Below are positions 48,401 through 55,917 of a stretch of 55,917 nucleotides of DNA, one piece after another. The notes beneath the pieces were generated by a model. The model was not told the origin of the DNA. It saw only the letters and a program-made list of their open reading frames with translations, and did no database searches. Both the position numbers and the translations under genes were made by a program. Position 1 is the first letter of the stretch. Each line of letters begins with the position of its first letter. Origin of the DNA: Mucilaginibacter sp. (GTDB lineage: Bacteria > Bacteroidota > Bacteroidia > Sphingobacteriales > Sphingobacteriaceae); assembly GCA_028287865.1 (NCBI GenBank), contig JAQBOU010000235.1, positions 1-55,917 on the forward strand, given 5' to 3'.

Positions 48401-48946
48401 ATGAAGACGATCCGTTTAGTGCTAATTATGGCAATTATGACCTGGGCGTTCCAGGCTGCAGATGCTCAAACTACCGACACTGCAAAAAACCACATCGAGG
48501 TAACAAAAAAAACAAAAACAAGGCGCCTGGGCCGTAAAGTAACTACAAAAACTGTAATGCATGGTACGGGTACACCGGGTGCAATTAGCGGGGCTGCAGA
48601 CGAAGCAGTAACAGGCAAACCAATTCAGCCTGCTCCTGTGGCAACTCCGCCGCCTGCACCTGTGGAAACCCCACCGGCTCCTCCTACTGTAATAGTTGTA
48701 AAATCAGCGCCCGAAAAAGCTCCGGAACCACCAACAACCAGTGTAACTACTACCACAGAGACCAAACCTGTGCCGGTTTCAACTACAACCTCAACACGTA
48801 CTACCAAGACAACGTCGGCGCACGTTGTGCATCATAGTACACATGTTACACCACATACTTATCATAAAGTATATAAAAAGACTACTCCGGCAGCATCAGC
48901 TACTACCACAACAACTACAGTAAAGAAAACTCAAAGTAATCAATAA
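48401..48946 (+). CDS. Secreted Pro/Thr-rich low-complexity protein
   Basis: Signal peptide ending ADA-Q; PAPVATPPPAPVETPPAPP and poly-Thr tracts; own terminator. Confidence 0.75.
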   Translation: MKTIRLVLIMAIMTWAFQAADAQTTDTAKNHIEVTKKTKTRRLGRKVTTKTVMHGTGTPGAISGAADEAVTGKPIQPAPVATPPPAPVETPPAPPTVIVVKSAPEKAPEPPTTSVTTTTETKPVPVSTTTSTRTTKTTSAHVVHHSTHVTPHTYHKVYKKTTPAASATTTTTTVKKTQSNQ

Positions 48947-48951
48947 TAGTC

Positions 48952-48999
48952 AACATAACAGCCCGGCGGACAAGCAATTGCCTGCCGGGCTGTTATGTT
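48952..48999. terminator. Intrinsic terminator between convergent genes
   Basis: 16-bp perfect arms AACATAACAGCCCGGC / GCCGGGCTGTTATGTT. Confidence 0.85.
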
Positions 49000-49076
49000 T
49001 ATAATGCTTGTCATTTAGAGACTTATTTACCAACTTTTTATCGATATACTCAGCTATATTTCTTCAGGTTGAGAGT

Positions 49077-50360
49077 TTACTGCTTTTTGATATTCATTGT
49101 TCCATGCGACGTTTTTGTCAGGTATTTTGAAAATATAATAGCAATCACCAGCGCCATTACGCCCTGGCAAAGCATTGTGAGCGGAGCACTTATTTTCTCG
49201 GAAATCGTTCCAATAATTAAACTGCCGAATGGCAGCATTCCAAAATAAGCCATTGCAATATAACTCATTACACGGCCTCTCATATGCGGTGCTGCTTCTA
49301 TCTGTATAATTGTAATGCTGGAAGTCATTGGTGTTAACGACCCAAAACCTATTACAACTGCAAACACCATGGCAACGGGAAAATAGCTGATACGTGAAAA
49401 CAACACCATTCCCACGCCTAAAATTACGCTGCTAATGAGCAAAATAATTTTAAGATTGGTTCCCTTTTTTAAGGAAGCCATAAATACGCTACCCAAAATG
49501 GCACCCAGGCCCATAAAACTGCTGATATACCCATAAGTGGCTGCATTGCCTTTAAACACTACTTTGGCAAACACGGGCAAAATCGTATCATACGGCACTA
49601 CCAGCAAGCTTAAACAGGTAAGCATTAATATAACCATACCAATTGTTGGCGTTTGTTTCAAGTATTGAAACCCTTCGGCCAGTTCGGAGGTAACTTTTTT
49701 CTTAACCGCAGGTGGATTGAATTTTGGAAGCTTCATCAGCAACAGCGATGTGATCACAGCGAGAAAGCTTACTGCGTTCAATGAAAAGCAAATTCCTGCA
49801 CCCAATGTTTGAAGAACAATACCTGATAATGCTGGCCCTACCAGCCTGGCAATATTCACCATTGCGGAATTAAGTGCAAGTGCATTCACAACATCTTCCT
49901 TATCATTCACCATATCATGCACCATCGGTTGCCTTGCCGGTACATCAAAGGCGTTAATGATACCCAGAACAGCGCTCAGCGTTAATATTTCCCAAATCAC
50001 ATAATGTTTGGTTAAAATTAATACAGCAAGTAATATCGCCTGTATCATGGAAGCCGTTTGTGTAATCAGCAATATCTTATAACGACTGTGCCTGTCGGCT
50101 ACGATACCCCCAAATAGCGAAAGTAAAAAGGAAGGAAATTGTTGTGCGAACACAGCAAATCCAAGCATAAAAGCCGAATGCGTAAGCGTATAAATGAGCC
50201 AGCTTACAGCAGTCCGCTGCATCCACGTGCCGATTTGGGAAACGGATTGTCCGCTAAAAAACAAGGCATAGTTTCTGTTTCTAAATGCTCTGAAAGTATT
50301 TGTCTTTATTATTGGGCTCATAAAATGGTTAGCTCCGGCATGTATTGAACGCTTCAACAT
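49077..50360 (-). CDS. MFS transporter (MFS_3/DUF894 type)
   Basis: FRAFRNRNYALFFSGQSVSQIGTWMQ, GGIVADR, FDVPARQ, MRGRVMS; alternative start 50321. Confidence 0.92.
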   Translation of the reverse strand: MLKRSIHAGANHFMSPIIKTNTFRAFRNRNYALFFSGQSVSQIGTWMQRTAVSWLIYTLTHSAFMLGFAVFAQQFPSFLLSLFGGIVADRHSRYKILLITQTASMIQAILLAVLILTKHYVIWEILTLSAVLGIINAFDVPARQPMVHDMVNDKEDVVNALALNSAMVNIARLVGPALSGIVLQTLGAGICFSLNAVSFLAVITSLLLMKLPKFNPPAVKKKVTSELAEGFQYLKQTPTIGMVILMLTCLSLLVVPYDTILPVFAKVVFKGNAATYGYISSFMGLGAILGSVFMASLKKGTNLKIILLISSVILGVGMVLFSRISYFPVAMVFAVVIGFGSLTPMTSSITIIQIEAAPHMRGRVMSYIAMAYFGMLPFGSLIIGTISEKISAPLTMLCQGVMALVIAIIFSKYLTKTSHGTMNIKKQ

Positions 50361-50388
50361 ATGCTGAGGCGATGAATTAATTAGTTTT

Positions 50389-51009
50389 TTATTTTTTGAA
50401 CCCCTGTAGAATCAGGTAAATCCACATCGAAACGGCTGGCTTTATATTATTAAAACTCTTTTTAACAATAATCTCCTTTTTAAAGCCCTGTATACTGCTG
50501 AGCAAAACAAAAATTAGTGCATCCTGCTCTTTTAGATCCATAGCCCGTAACCGGCCGGTTTCAATACCAAAATTTAAGATTTTCCTAAGTAGGGGGATTT
50601 CCAGTTGCCGGAAACGGGTGTGCATAGTATGTATAACTTTTGTGTAATCAGACATTTCACCGGCATTCATCCCGCTGTCAACCATGGTATAGAACTCTCT
50701 TGTTTTTTGAGACCTTTTTAACCTGCTCATACAATAAGCACTTATCTTCTCTTCCAGGTTGGGGGCAGCATCAACTGCCTGGGTAAGCTCCGCCAAAATA
50801 CATCTCATTTCTACATCTATTGCGGCATCAAGTATCTCTTCCTTGTTTTTGTAATAATAATAAAGCGAGCTTCTTCTTTTGCCTATTTCCCGTGCAACAT
50901 CATCCATCGTTACTTTTTGAAGGCCATGGACCTGGAACAGCTGTTGCGCTGCCTGGATGATCTGCTGTTGAATAGAATCCTCTTTCGTAGCGTTGGGTTC
51001 AGTCATCAT
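50389..51009 (-). CDS. TetR/AcrR family regulator
   Basis: IIQAAQQLF..HGLQKVTMDDVAREIG....LYYYYKNKEEIL helix-turn-helix; ATG 51009 or 51006. Confidence 0.9.
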   Translation of the reverse strand: MMTEPNATKEDSIQQQIIQAAQQLFQVHGLQKVTMDDVAREIGKRRSSLYYYYKNKEEILDAAIDVEMRCILAELTQAVDAAPNLEEKISAYCMSRLKRSQKTREFYTMVDSGMNAGEMSDYTKVIHTMHTRFRQLEIPLLRKILNFGIETGRLRAMDLKEQDALIFVLLSSIQGFKKEIIVKKSFNNIKPAVSMWIYLILQGFKK

Positions 51010-51041
51010 GCGTTTTGCTATATATTTACAAAAGAATAAAT

Positions 51042-51072
51042 TTTTCGACACTTTAACAAAAAATGTCTAAAA
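51042..51072. promoter_or_regulatory. Putative TetR operator (autoregulatory)
   Basis: Imperfect inverted repeat TTTTCGACACT-N9-AATGTCTAAAA just upstream of tetR. Confidence 0.45.
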
Positions 51073-51205
51073 GTTTAATTTTATAAAAAATAGCGTTCCC
51101 CAAGAGTTTTGATAGGTTTTCTCATCTGGTTTTGATATGAAAAGGAACTAACAGCGCGAACCACCAGAATGTTCAGTTCCCGGTAGTTCATCTGTGGCTT
51201 AATTG

Positions 51206-54073
51206 TTAGTTTATCATCCGGTAAATGCTTTTGTATTTAGTTGCAAACATTACAGTATGAACATTTTCAATCTTGTTTAAATCAAAGGAAATTAATTTGT
51301 TATGATGCGGCCCAAGTTCGTAATGATGTACGATGCCTTTTTGTATACCGTTAATGTACAAAGTAACCTTTCCTATATCTGTAATGTTACCCGTATTTTT
51401 TACATTCACGTTAATTACTTTCTTTTTTGTGATGAGATCGGTGCTTATACCTGCATACGAAATATTAAAATCAGCTTTATACGGCTTTGTATAATTGATT
51501 TCTGTTGAAAGGCCGTCGGCTGAGCTTTTATAGCCCACGCTGTTTTTAATATCATCGGCAGCTACATATTCGGGGCTTTTACCGCCAACCGATATTTTAA
51601 AAATTCCAGGTTCCACTACCCTATCCATCTGATCATTTAATAAGGATATCTGATACGGAGTAAGCCTGAATGAAACCGCTTTGGATTCGCCTGGAGCCAG
51701 TGTTATACGTTCAAAATCCTTAAGCTCCATTACGCGTGTTTTTACGCTTGCATACATATCGGTAACATACAATTGTGCAACCTCATCGCCTTTTACTTTA
51801 CCCGTATTGGTTACGGTTGCGGTTACATCAACCATACCGTCATCATTAACTAAGGCTTTGAGGCCAGAATAATTGAAAGCAGTGTAGCTCAACCCATAAC
51901 CGAAAGAATATAGCGGATAATAAGGCATATCAGAATAATTATACCCCCTGCCCGAAGTTTTAAAGTTATAATACAAAGGTAACTGGCCCACGTCACGCGG
52001 AAATGTCATAGGTAACCGCCCGGCTGGATTGTAATCGCCAAACAGCACGTCTGCCGTGGCAGGACCGCCTTCCTGGCCCGGCAACCAGTTTACCAGTATA
52101 GCCTTGCAATTTTTTGAAGCGTAAGATAAATTATACGGTCGGCCACTCTGCAACACAAGTATAACAGGCTTGCCTGTTGCACAAACAGCTTCCAACAACT
52201 TTTCCTGATTACCGGGTAATATTAGCGTAGCATAATCATTTGCCTCGCCCGAAGTTTTTTTGACACCTTTCGCTGCCTCGCTTGTGGAACAATCACCTAA
52301 AACCATCACAACAGCGTCTGCCTTAGAAGCCGCAGCTATGGCCTTATCCGGGTTATAATCATCTGCCGAGGTAAAGCCGCAACCCTTTTCATATATCACC
52401 TGCGTTGTAGCGGTGTCGACAGCTTTTTTTATTCCGGAAAGCACTGATTGTAACTGACCCGGCTGTAGTTTAGCCGTATAATCTCCCGGTTGCAGATCAT
52501 CAGCGCCAGGGCCTATAACCGCTATCTTTTTGAGCGATTTTGATAACGGAAGCAGGTTGCCCTTATTCTCAAGCATCACGATAGCTTCCTGTTCGGCTTT
52601 GCGTGCAACCGCTTTGTGACCCGGGCTGTTCCAGCCCGGGTATATTTTTTTCCAGTCGAGCGGACTCGACTTATGTTCATCAAAATAACCGTTCCTGAAC
52701 ATGGTGCTTAATAAAGTACGGTCTACCGTATTAAGCGTATTAACATCGATATCGCCACTTTTAACGGCCGCAATAACAGCTTTATCGGTATATGTATCGC
52801 CGCAGTTGATACACACCCCGGCTGCCAAAGCTTGTTTGGCTGCATCAACTATAGTTTTTGCAGTATAGTGTTTTTGGCTGGTGAGATTACGCAACGCGCC
52901 GCAATCGCTTACGATAAACCCATTGAAACCCCATTCTTCACGCAAAATACCAATCAGCAGCTCTTGGTTTTTAGCTACAGGAACGCCTAAGTAATCTGAA
53001 TAATTCTCCATTATCGACTGACAATGGTACTTTTCGATAACATTTCTGAAAGGCACCAGCTGAATCTCGCGCATTTCCCGTTCGGACAGGCCTATATCCT
53101 GTGAATCGCGACCGCCTAATGGTGAGCCGTGTGCAGCAAAATGTTTCGGCGTAACGATCAGCCCTTTTGATTGGTATCCTTTTATCCAGGCACCGCCTAT
53201 TTCCGATACCAGTATCGGATCTTCGCCGTAGGTTTCTTCACAACGCCCCCAGCGTGCATCCTGGGCAACATCCAAAACAGGCGACCATGCCTGTAAAGTG
53301 TGAGCGTTCACTGTTTCGTCACCGATGGTTTCAGCAACCTGTTCAACCAGGTGTTTATCCCAGGTTGCACCTAAAGCGATAGATTGTGGGAAGATTGTAG
53401 CTCCGCTACCGTACGAAAAGCCATGTATAGCTTCTACCTTATTTACGGGCGGTATACCCAAAGCGGCAATTCCAGGTATGCCCCAGCCTTCGCGTAAAAG
53501 GCCTATTTTTTGTTCGGGCGTCATAACAGCCAAAAGTAATTCAACACGCTGGCTAGTCGTTAATCGCGTATTCATCCAGGGTCTTTCTTTTATAATTATA
53601 TTACTGCCATCACCGCTGTCTGACGCATATACAACCTTTATTTCCTTAATTGAAATCGGTTTATTTATCTTATTTCCTTTAAATAACAGCTTTAAATAAG
53701 CGCCGTATTTAGGGGGAAAATCCAGCGAAAAATTTCCATTACCGCTTGCTTTATAAGCTAACGGCTCACCCGGGTTCATCGGATCGTAAGTAATATAGAT
53801 CTTCACCAATCCTTGCAACTCCGTTTTTGAAATTTCTGATGTCGCAAGTTGTACCTCCTTAATAGTCCCGGCCGTTTGCAAAGTAAGCATTAGGTACTGG
53901 TCCTGTTTAAGGTCATTTACATCAAGTTGCCAATGCCTATCCAAATTATTATCCACGACATTGTTTGCAGCAGTATAGTTTGTTGATGCCGATACAGAGG
54001 TAAATTGCTTGTTTTGAGCCTGGCTGCTAAAAGCCGAAAAAAATATAAAAAGTAATAATATAGCACGCTTCAT
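51206..54073 (-). CDS. GH3 beta-glucosidase with extra N- and C-terminal beta-domains
   Basis: EAIHG, ATIFPQ, DARWGRCEETYGED, KHFAAH, nucleophile VSDCG, Fn3-like domain; ~140-aa discoidin-like N-terminal domain. Confidence 0.9.
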   Translation of the reverse strand: MKRAILLLFIFFSAFSSQAQNKQFTSVSASTNYTAANNVVDNNLDRHWQLDVNDLKQDQYLMLTLQTAGTIKEVQLATSEISKTELQGLVKIYITYDPMNPGEPLAYKASGNGNFSLDFPPKYGAYLKLLFKGNKINKPISIKEIKVVYASDSGDGSNIIIKERPWMNTRLTTSQRVELLLAVMTPEQKIGLLREGWGIPGIAALGIPPVNKVEAIHGFSYGSGATIFPQSIALGATWDKHLVEQVAETIGDETVNAHTLQAWSPVLDVAQDARWGRCEETYGEDPILVSEIGGAWIKGYQSKGLIVTPKHFAAHGSPLGGRDSQDIGLSEREMREIQLVPFRNVIEKYHCQSIMENYSDYLGVPVAKNQELLIGILREEWGFNGFIVSDCGALRNLTSQKHYTAKTIVDAAKQALAAGVCINCGDTYTDKAVIAAVKSGDIDVNTLNTVDRTLLSTMFRNGYFDEHKSSPLDWKKIYPGWNSPGHKAVARKAEQEAIVMLENKGNLLPLSKSLKKIAVIGPGADDLQPGDYTAKLQPGQLQSVLSGIKKAVDTATTQVIYEKGCGFTSADDYNPDKAIAAASKADAVVMVLGDCSTSEAAKGVKKTSGEANDYATLILPGNQEKLLEAVCATGKPVILVLQSGRPYNLSYASKNCKAILVNWLPGQEGGPATADVLFGDYNPAGRLPMTFPRDVGQLPLYYNFKTSGRGYNYSDMPYYPLYSFGYGLSYTAFNYSGLKALVNDDGMVDVTATVTNTGKVKGDEVAQLYVTDMYASVKTRVMELKDFERITLAPGESKAVSFRLTPYQISLLNDQMDRVVEPGIFKISVGGKSPEYVAADDIKNSVGYKSSADGLSTEINYTKPYKADFNISYAGISTDLITKKKVINVNVKNTGNITDIGKVTLYINGIQKGIVHHYELGPHHNKLISFDLNKIENVHTVMFATKYKSIYRMIN

Positions 54074-54303
54074 TTTTAGTTATTAATAATTGTTTCAAAC
54101 AATATTAGGATGGCTCATTAATAAACTATTAATTATGGCTTAATTTTACAAATAGCAGGCATGTTAATTTGGTATTGAATAAGATATGACAGGGAACAGC
54201 TTATCGGATTAGCTTTGATAATTATTTAAGACGTCAGGATTCGAACCATCATTTAATTGATTTGAAATTTTTTAAATATCTCCGAAAATCGTCTTAAAAA
54301 TAA

Positions 54304-54335
54304 AAACCGCCTTTAAATTTCTTTAAAGACGGTTT
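54304..54335 (-). terminator. Minus-strand terminator downstream of tRNA fragment
   Basis: Minus strand AAACCGTCTTTAAA-GAAA-TTTAAAGGCGGTTT followed by TTATTTTT. Confidence 0.7.
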
Positions 54336-54344
54336 CTTGGTATC

Positions 54345-54360
54345 GTCGGGGTGGCAGGAT
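54345..54360 (-). mobile_element. tRNA-Pro 3'-end fragment, probable att junction of an island extending rightwards
   Basis: Minus strand ATCCTGCCACCCCGAC matches a tRNA-Pro T-stem/acceptor end; rest of the tRNA is absent. Confidence 0.7.
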
Positions 54361-54614
54361 GAAACCGCCATGCTCTAAATTATTGATTATCAAATGCTTA
54401 ATCATGCCTCATAGTCGAGGGTGTGATTTAGGGCATTTTCTGAAACTTCTAAGGAACTATAACGCAGTGTTGGCTTTTTATTTGCTGTCAATGCTTATCA
54501 AAAATAATAAAAAAAAAATTCAAAAAAGAATGATTTACAAAAGTATTAGTCAAAGAATTTACATCTAATGGAGTAGATACCGGAGGCTTTTTTAATTTCT
54601 ATAGAGGTTTCAAA

Positions 54615-55043
54615 TTATTTAATTATGTCATTCGATTTAATTAAATTATACTTCCCATTCCAATCATAAGCAGGTAATGTGTTATCATCGGTGTTGATAA
54701 GATATAGATGAACAATGAGAGATTTACCTTTTATCAATATAGTTCCATCAAACTTATAATCACCCTTCTCAACAGGAATGACATTCCCCCTAATAATACC
54801 ATCCTCGATGACAAGAATAGGCAATAATGTACTATCCTCATAAGTCTTGTTGATTAGAAGGGAAAATAGGTCATGAACTATTAGTTTGCGTCTGCCTTTT
54901 AGCTTTATGAATTCATGATTTCCATTTTTAACTATATAAGCATCTGGATAATTACATGGGCTATTTACATAACTATTTACAAAAAACGCTGTAATTAAAA
55001 GTCCAATAATAGTGACGCAGACAACACGTGTGGTAATTCTCAT
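54615..55043 (-). CDS. Hypothetical membrane-anchored protein (island)
   Basis: ATG 55043, 13 bp after the LRR stop; single N-terminal hydrophobic helix. Confidence 0.6.
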   Translation of the reverse strand: MRITTRVVCVTIIGLLITAFFVNSYVNSPCNYPDAYIVKNGNHEFIKLKGRRKLIVHDLFSLLINKTYEDSTLLPILVIEDGIIRGNVIPVEKGDYKFDGTILIKGKSLIVHLYLINTDDNTLPAYDWNGKYNLIKSNDIIK

Positions 55044-55056
55044 ATTAAAATAAATT

Positions 55057-55917
55057 CTATCTGGTTTGAAAGTGAATCTCACAATTCGGCAACCACTGCT
55101 TTAACTGTTTCTTAACTTCTTTTGATAAGTAATTGTCATCCAATCTCATCTCCTTTAATTTTGTTAACTTTTTGATTTCAGGAGAGATATATCGGAGTGG
55201 GTTATTCCAAATTTCAAGTTTTTCGAGATTAACCAAAGAACCTATACAATTAGGGATACTATCTATTTGGTTATCAAAAATCAGCAATTCCCTAAGATTT
55301 GATAGATAGCGAATATTACTAGGTATGCGTTTAATCTTATTGGTATAGACCTGCAATGTTTGAAGCCCACTTAATTTACTATCTACGAACCCCAAGTCTT
55401 TAAACTCATTCTCTTCAATTGAAAGCCATTTTAGATGAGGGATAGTCTTAATCTTTTCGGGAAAGACAGACATTTTGTTACCAGCAATATCAAGGTCCTC
55501 TAAACTATCAAGATTTGAAAGATCGGTTTTAATTTCACGGATTTCTGTTTTTCCTACCAACAGGCTTTTTAGCCCTCGTATTTTATATAAATCACTTGGA
55601 AGTGACTTTATTGGATTTGCGCCCAAATAAATACTATGAAGTGATTTAATTTTATAAAGCTGTGGGGGTATCGTTGTAAATTTATTATCTGCGAGGTAAA
55701 TTGTATTAATCGGTAATGTGCTGACAGCATCAGGCAGGTAAGCAAGTCCAGCACCTTGAAGAGTTAGATACGCCCCCTCATTAGCTATTACAATCGACGC
55801 CCCTGAAGACTTATAAAAGGTTTTCAATTTGCCTGCATCAATTTTGTTCACAAGTTCTACTATACGCTTCTGCGCTAATGAATCGGATTGCCCTCTTTTG
55901 CTAAATAACCATGCCTT
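55057..55917 (-). CDS. Leucine-rich repeat protein (5' end beyond window)
   Basis: About nine 23-aa LxxLxLxxNxLxxLPxxI repeats; frame stays open from 55851 to the window end. Confidence 0.88.
   Translation of the reverse strand, partial: KAWLFSKRGQSDSLAQKRIVELVNKIDAGKLKTFYKSSGASIVIANEGAYLTLQGAGLAYLPDAVSTLPINTIYLADNKFTTIPPQLYKIKSLHSIYLGANPIKSLPSDLYKIRGLKSLLVGKTEIREIKTDLSNLDSLEDLDIAGNKMSVFPEKIKTIPHLKWLSIEENEFKDLGFVDSKLSGLQTLQVYTNKIKRIPSNIRYLSNLRELLIFDNQIDSIPNCIGSLVNLEKLEIWNNPLRYISPEIKKLTKLKEMRLDDNYLSKEVKKQLKQWLPNCEIHFQTR

Noticed and set aside
51143-51180. GGAACTAACA...TGTTCAGTTCC hairpin as a riboswitch upstream of tetR
   Set aside because: No conserved aptamer motifs; more simply a weak terminator for the GH3 gene.
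5-53699. Numerous 60-135 aa ORFs antisense to or overlapping long genes in the ORF track
   Set aside because: They are shadows of well-supported CDSs on the opposite strand or frame, with no motifs or independent signals.
54345-54366. Intact tRNA-Pro gene
   Set aside because: Only the 3' 16 nt match; no anticodon or D arm follows, so it is treated as an att fragment.
54359-54568. 69-aa ORF starting inside the att site
   Set aside because: Low-complexity AT-rich junction sequence; no coding features.

Overview
AT-rich chromosomal window from a Bacteroidota bacterium, most likely Sphingobacteriaceae (Mucilaginibacter-like). This is inferred from TAnnTTTG promoter boxes, a T9SS C-terminal domain and gene content. 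It holds about 45 CDSs. Carbohydrate enzymes: two GH3, GH13, GH20, an orphan clan GH-A protein, a CE4-like deacetylase and kduI/uxuB. Other genes: a TonB-dependent receptor, peptidases, general-stress genes (DUF4142, ferritin, formaldehyde dehydrogenase, YtxH, DUF3606, MscS), a VOC/DoxX/MATE operon led by a doubly frameshifted VOC gene, and a 1781-aa T9SS adhesin. At the right end, a tRNA-Pro 3'-end fragment marks the probable boundary of an integrated island carrying an LRR gene. No rRNA, intact tRNA, CRISPR array or transposase was seen. The best candidates for undescribed biology are: (i) a lipid kinase plus PTPMT1-like phosphatase pair inside a six-gene envelope-modification run; (ii) an unannotated ~65-nt sRNA with its own promoter and terminator; (iii) an identical TTGTC-N17-TTGTC-N34-TAnnTTTG promoter architecture upstream of two VOC genes 29 kb apart; and (iv) several other regulatory signals (paired LacI-type operators, a sigma54 promoter, an AAC-N17-GTT motif, an 11-bp-phased TTAAC array). 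All family assignments are from motif recognition by eye; no searches were run.
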